Positions 59,259 through 64,000 of a stretch of 64,000 nucleotides of DNA are shown in pieces (within the stretch, counting starts at the first letter, position 1; the number at the start of each line of letters is the position of its first letter). This DNA is from Eledone cirrhosa (taxonomy: Eukaryota). Made by a program: the position numbers and the translations under genes. The notes below the pieces were generated by a model. That model was not told where the DNA came from. It saw only the letters and a list, made by a program, of their open reading frames with translations, and did no database searches. The stretch covers positions 103,416,001 to 103,480,000 of the forward strand of contig OZ024742.1 of NCBI GenBank assembly GCA_964016885.1, in the 5' to 3' direction.

Positions 59259-61789
59259 ATATCAGCTTTGCAAAGACCTATGCAGAAGCAAGTATGTTTC
59301 ATACCCACTGTGTAACTAAATGGTTGAATGTAGTAGCAGCAACTGTCAGAATAATTGTTTCCATAATATAGTTATAAATGTACAAATTTGCAGACTTATG
59401 CCAGCTATACTAGAATAGAACAGTTAATACTTTTGATACCATACTCCCTGAAACTGTCCCTGGTTCTACAATACAAAACTGTTTATTTTAAAGCATTCAT
59501 ATTTATCTAAAAGATTTTCATCATAATTTTATGTAAGAATTTTTATTGTGTTCCAAATAACAACTTAAAATGAGAAAGTTAGTCACATTACTAAATTCCT
59601 CCAAATTCTTGATTATTGTCAAATATAATTTGACAATGATAGAACACATAGCACATGTGCCTTGTTTCTTACTATTTGAACACTAAAAAAATAATCATTT
59701 TTACTATTTTTTATACTGTTTTTCTTCTTTATTTTTGTCACATTTGTATTTCTTTTTCAGAACCTGTTATGCTGTGACAATGAGACACATTATATATATA
59801 GCCTTTAATAGCATTCAGCTTATCATGACATTCTTGTGTTATACCTTTAAACAACCTGAAATGTGGAACAAAACTGAAGGTATAATTGAAATTTTCAACA
59901 GATTGAAAGAAGTACAAGTGTTATGATTTAAACAACCTGAACTGTGGAATAATATCAAAGACCTAATTGAAATCATTAATGTAATGAAATAATATGAAAA
60001 AAGTTTTCTATTTATGCATCAAAATAGAAATAAGAAAATTTTTAAAATGTGGAATTTCTACAGGTGCCATTAGTTATAATTAGTATGTGGGTGGTTAGGG
60101 TGGGAGATTGGTAGAAATGATAGAACATCAAACAAAATGTTTATGGTATTTCTCCTGAAACTTTACATTCTTAGTTCAAATCCCATTAAGGTCAACTTTG
60201 CTATTCGTCCTTCCAGGTTTGATAAAATAAAGTACCAGTTAAGTACTGGGGTCAATGTAATCGACTTACTCTTTCCTCCCAAATTTCTGGCCTTGTGCTT
60301 CTGTTAAAAATCATTATTATGTGATGGATTAACTTATTTATCAATGACTATCACATTTATAACCAATATTTGAAATTACACTATGATGTATCTGTTTATA
60401 CCTCAAAGGTACTGAGTGTGACAAATGATTATGTAATCAGTTAGACCATATTTTAATGAAGACTAATAATATCCTGTGTTTGTTTCTATTTTATTTTTTA
60501 AACTAATTAGTAGATATGGTTAAGCCTTGTTAAATAATGTCTTTTAGATTGTCAAATTTATTTATCTCAACAGCAAAGATTGGCGAAAACTTAGTTTTAA
60601 AATATTGGTTAGTTAAAACTTAATGGCGAGCATGAGGTCTATGGGATGATGATTATGATGACTGCAGTGGTGTTGATGGTGGCAGCAGCAGTGTTGTCAA
60701 TGACAGCATCTTCATTATTTTGTTCTTTGTTCTAACATTTAAGACTGACATCAATAAGGGTTTCAAATACATATTAACTTGTAGAACAAGTTAATATGTA
60801 TTTGAAACCCTCATTGCTTAGTTTTAATAGTTTATTTTCCAGGATGTCAAACTTTCTCTGCAGCCATCAAACATGATTTAACTAACCATTAACATATTTT
60901 AGTAACAAACCTATATATTCTTAGTTCAGATCACACAAGGATCAATTTATCTTTCAAATCTTCTGTGAGCTGTATACTGACATCAGCATCATTATTCCAT
61001 GCTAGCATTGATTAGATGAGTTGTCCTGTTATGAGACAAGCCAGGTCAGATGACCATGTCTTGCTCATACAGAACTGATTTTGGCTTGGTTTCTATGGCT
61101 GGATGCCCTTCCTAATGCCAACTACATTTACAGTGTGTACTGGGTACCTTTTGTGATGTCACCTACACAACTTCTTTACAGTGTGGGTTGGGCAATTTTT
61201 TCATGTTGCCAACACGACCACTTTACAGTGTGGGCTAGGCGATTTTTGTCATATCGTCAACATGACCACTTTACAGAGTGGACTGAGCGCTTTTTGTCGT
61301 GTCACCAACACAACCACTTTACAGTCAATTCAATTTATCATATTCCCATGTATGGTTTAATACAGAAGTGGGAGACCCTTTCATGTTCAAAGGCTGTATT
61401 AAGTTATATAATAAGGCTGCATTCAAAAAACCATAATTATATATTCTTAAAATCTACATTATTTTGTAAAAATCTAATTACTATGTGCTAATTATCTAAA
61501 AAATGAAAAAAAATTAATTTTAAAGCTAACTACCTTTTAATGACCTTGTTGTGACTACTTATTGTAGGAAAGTATTTTGATATTTGGTTGCAGTATGGAG
61601 GTCTGAAGTTTCAACTGAACCTCAAATGGCATCTGCCATTTGTGATCTCAAAGGCATCTTGATTTTGGTTAGGTAGGAGAATGTAGATTCACAGCAATAA
61701 GTGGTTTAAATTAAAATAATGAGAGATTGACAAAAACATTAATAAAAATTAAAAATTTATTGAAAACTTTTGATTCTTTCAAAAGGTTG

Positions 61790-64000
61790 CACAGAATGGC
61801 ATAGAAGGCTGCCTGTTCCTAATCTCTGGTTTAATAGGTTATCTAAACAAAGGAGCAGATGATAACATTGAGCCTGGGGTGGCAGTTATTTTGCTATCGT
61901 CCTTCACTTGCAGCCTAAGAAACATGCATCAGTACTTTCAGGATGCTATGGCAATTGTTGCAAAATATGGCAAGCCAGATCTTTTTCTAACTTATACATG
62001 CAACACTAAATGATCTGATATTCAAAATAATCCAAATCAAAATGAAGTATCAGAAAACAGACCAGATTTAGTTACCCGGATTTTTAAGACTCAGCTTTCT
62101 GAAATGATGAAAGATATCAAAGAAAGACACATTCTTGGTATGCCAGTGGCTCATGTTCATGTCACTGAGTTTCAAAAAAGAGGACTTCCTCATTGCCATA
62201 TGTTGGTCATCTTAAGGAACAAAGACAAGCTAAGAAACAGAGAAAGCATTGACAGAATTGTATCAGCAGAAATCCCTGCATTAGAAGATGATCCGGTACT
62301 ACATGAGCAGATTAAAAAGTTTATAATCCATGGGCCATGTGGTTCTGGAAAAACCTTTTCCATGCATGCAATATGGATTTTGCCAAAAGAACTATCCAAA
62401 AACAGAGAGGAAACATTGAACTTAAATGGATATCCAGAATACAGGAGGCACAAGACAGGAACTACAGTTAAATTAGACAACATCCAATAGACAACAGGAA
62501 TGTTGTGCCATTTAATGCCTATTGTGCCCATATTAATGTTGAAGTTTCCTCTTCTGTAAAAAGCATCAAGTGCATTAAATATGTTTACAACAGGCATGAT
62601 TGTGCAGCTATAGAAGAAACCAATAATGCATTACCTAATGATGATCAGAACCAACACATGAAATAAGAAACTATCTTGGTTGCAGGTATGTGTCTCTGCT
62701 TGAAGCTGTGTGGTATCTCCCTGAATTTAAACTTCATGGTATATTGCATACAGTGTACAAGCTAGCTATACACATGGAGAACCAACAGAGTTTACTTTCT
62801 AAGAGGCAATGCTCAAGTCACAGTAGAAATGCAAGGACACCAAGACATAACCCTTACTGCCTGGTACAAGCTTAATGAAGAGGACGAAAATGCAAGCAAC
62901 TACCTATATCCAGAAATTCTGGAACACTGTGTTCAATGAAACCAACAGAAAATGGACACCAAAAACAAAGTAGAAACAATTATTAGTAGAAAGGGCGATG
63001 GATTGACAGTATCGGTAGAGGGTCGGACGCCATGCTTTGCAGCACAGTTACGTCCCTTTACGGACTGAGTTCAAATCCTGCCAAGGTTAACTTTGCCTTT
63101 CATCCTTACGGGGTCGATAAAATAAAGTACCAGTAATACACTGAGATAATTGCTGGCCTTGTGCCAAAAGTAGAAACAATTATTAGTAGAAAGGGTGGTG
63201 GATTGTCAGTATCAGTAAAGGGTCGGACGCCATGCTTTGATGCATAGAGTTACGGACCTTGCCATTCTGAGTTCAAATCCCGCCGAGGTTAACTTTGCCT
63301 TTCATCCTTACGGGGTCGATAAAATAAAGTACCAGTAATGTACTGGGTAATTGCTGGCCTTGTGCCAAAAGTAGAAACAATTATTAGTAGAATGTAAACA
63401 GTCAGCCCCAGAATTGTTGAAGAATATTATTACTTCATGTGCCAGGTGCAAAAGAGTTTTGAAGAACTAAGAACAGTGGAGGGAGAAACATTTCTAAATT
63501 TCAAAGAAGCATGATTGCGACATGGTATTATAGAAAATGATGACTATTTCAACCATGCTCTGCAACTGTGGAACACCCATGAGTCAATAATTGAGAACTA
63601 TTTGCATGAAAAGATAGATGGCCAGCAACCTGAAAATATGGCACTTTAATTAATGTAATATTGATTGAAAATGGTACCAACTGCACAAGAATAGGCCTGC
63701 CGCAGCCCATTGGGATCCTTGAACCTGAGTCCCAAGCTGACATCAACCACCCTGATATTGATTTTTCTTACTGAAGAGTAATGAGTGATTGCTGATACTG
63801 TAATTGATGTCAGTCAACTGAGGAGAAAAGGCGAAAGGCCTGCACATACCTGTTTTTATGCAGATGCAGCTGGTGGGTGTGGAAAAACGTATCTGTTCAA
63901 TAAACTGATTTCTCACCTACAGATGAATAACTATCTTGTGTTTTGTGGTGCTTGGACTGGCATAGCATCTACACTGTTGCTGGGAAGTAGAACTATGCAC
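61790..64000 (+). pseudogene. Decayed Helitron Rep/PIF1-helicase, interrupted by a SINE dimer, continues off the window edge
   Basis: QDAMAIVAKYGKPDLFLTYTCN, RPDLVTRIF, EFQKRGLPHCHML, HGPCG, GYPEYRR, HINVE; Walker A AGGCGKTYL; TGIASTLL.G.RTMH; many stops and frameshifts. Confidence 0.92.

Noticed and set aside
47660-63390. tRNA genes suggested by GAGTTCAAATCCC B-boxes
   Set aside because: All are heads of a dispersed SINE family followed by the SINE core, not complete cloverleaves.

Overview
AT-rich, repeat-saturated animal genomic DNA; the SINE/RTE families and huge (TA/TACA)n arrays suggest an octopus-like cephalopod (inference). Two host genes lie head-to-head. ARMH1 (minus; coding exons 39147-38945, 36790-36722, 33458-33292, 3862-3666; continues off the left edge) has a probable U12-type first intron and a 29.4-kb third intron full of retroelements. 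TMEM53 (plus; 50812-51002 + 57031-57694, 284 aa) is complete. The same pair is adjacent head-to-head in human, and each promoter region carries an RFX X-box-like motif. The most striking structure is a set of fold-back elements with an unpaired tail on one side, each set in (TA)n tracts. They range from a young Penelope-like RT+GIY-YIG element with 1156-bp arms to noncoding hairpins of a few hundred bp. Eight canonical type-I hammerhead ribozyme motifs were read by eye in these and adjacent remnants. Also present: RTE, CR1-like, R4/Dong-like and CRE-like LINE pieces, tRNA-type SINEs, two Merlin elements with 9-bp TSDs, Helitrons, MITEs and a RAG1/Transib-like transposase fossil. The long YIYI/MYVC ORFs are microsatellite artefacts.
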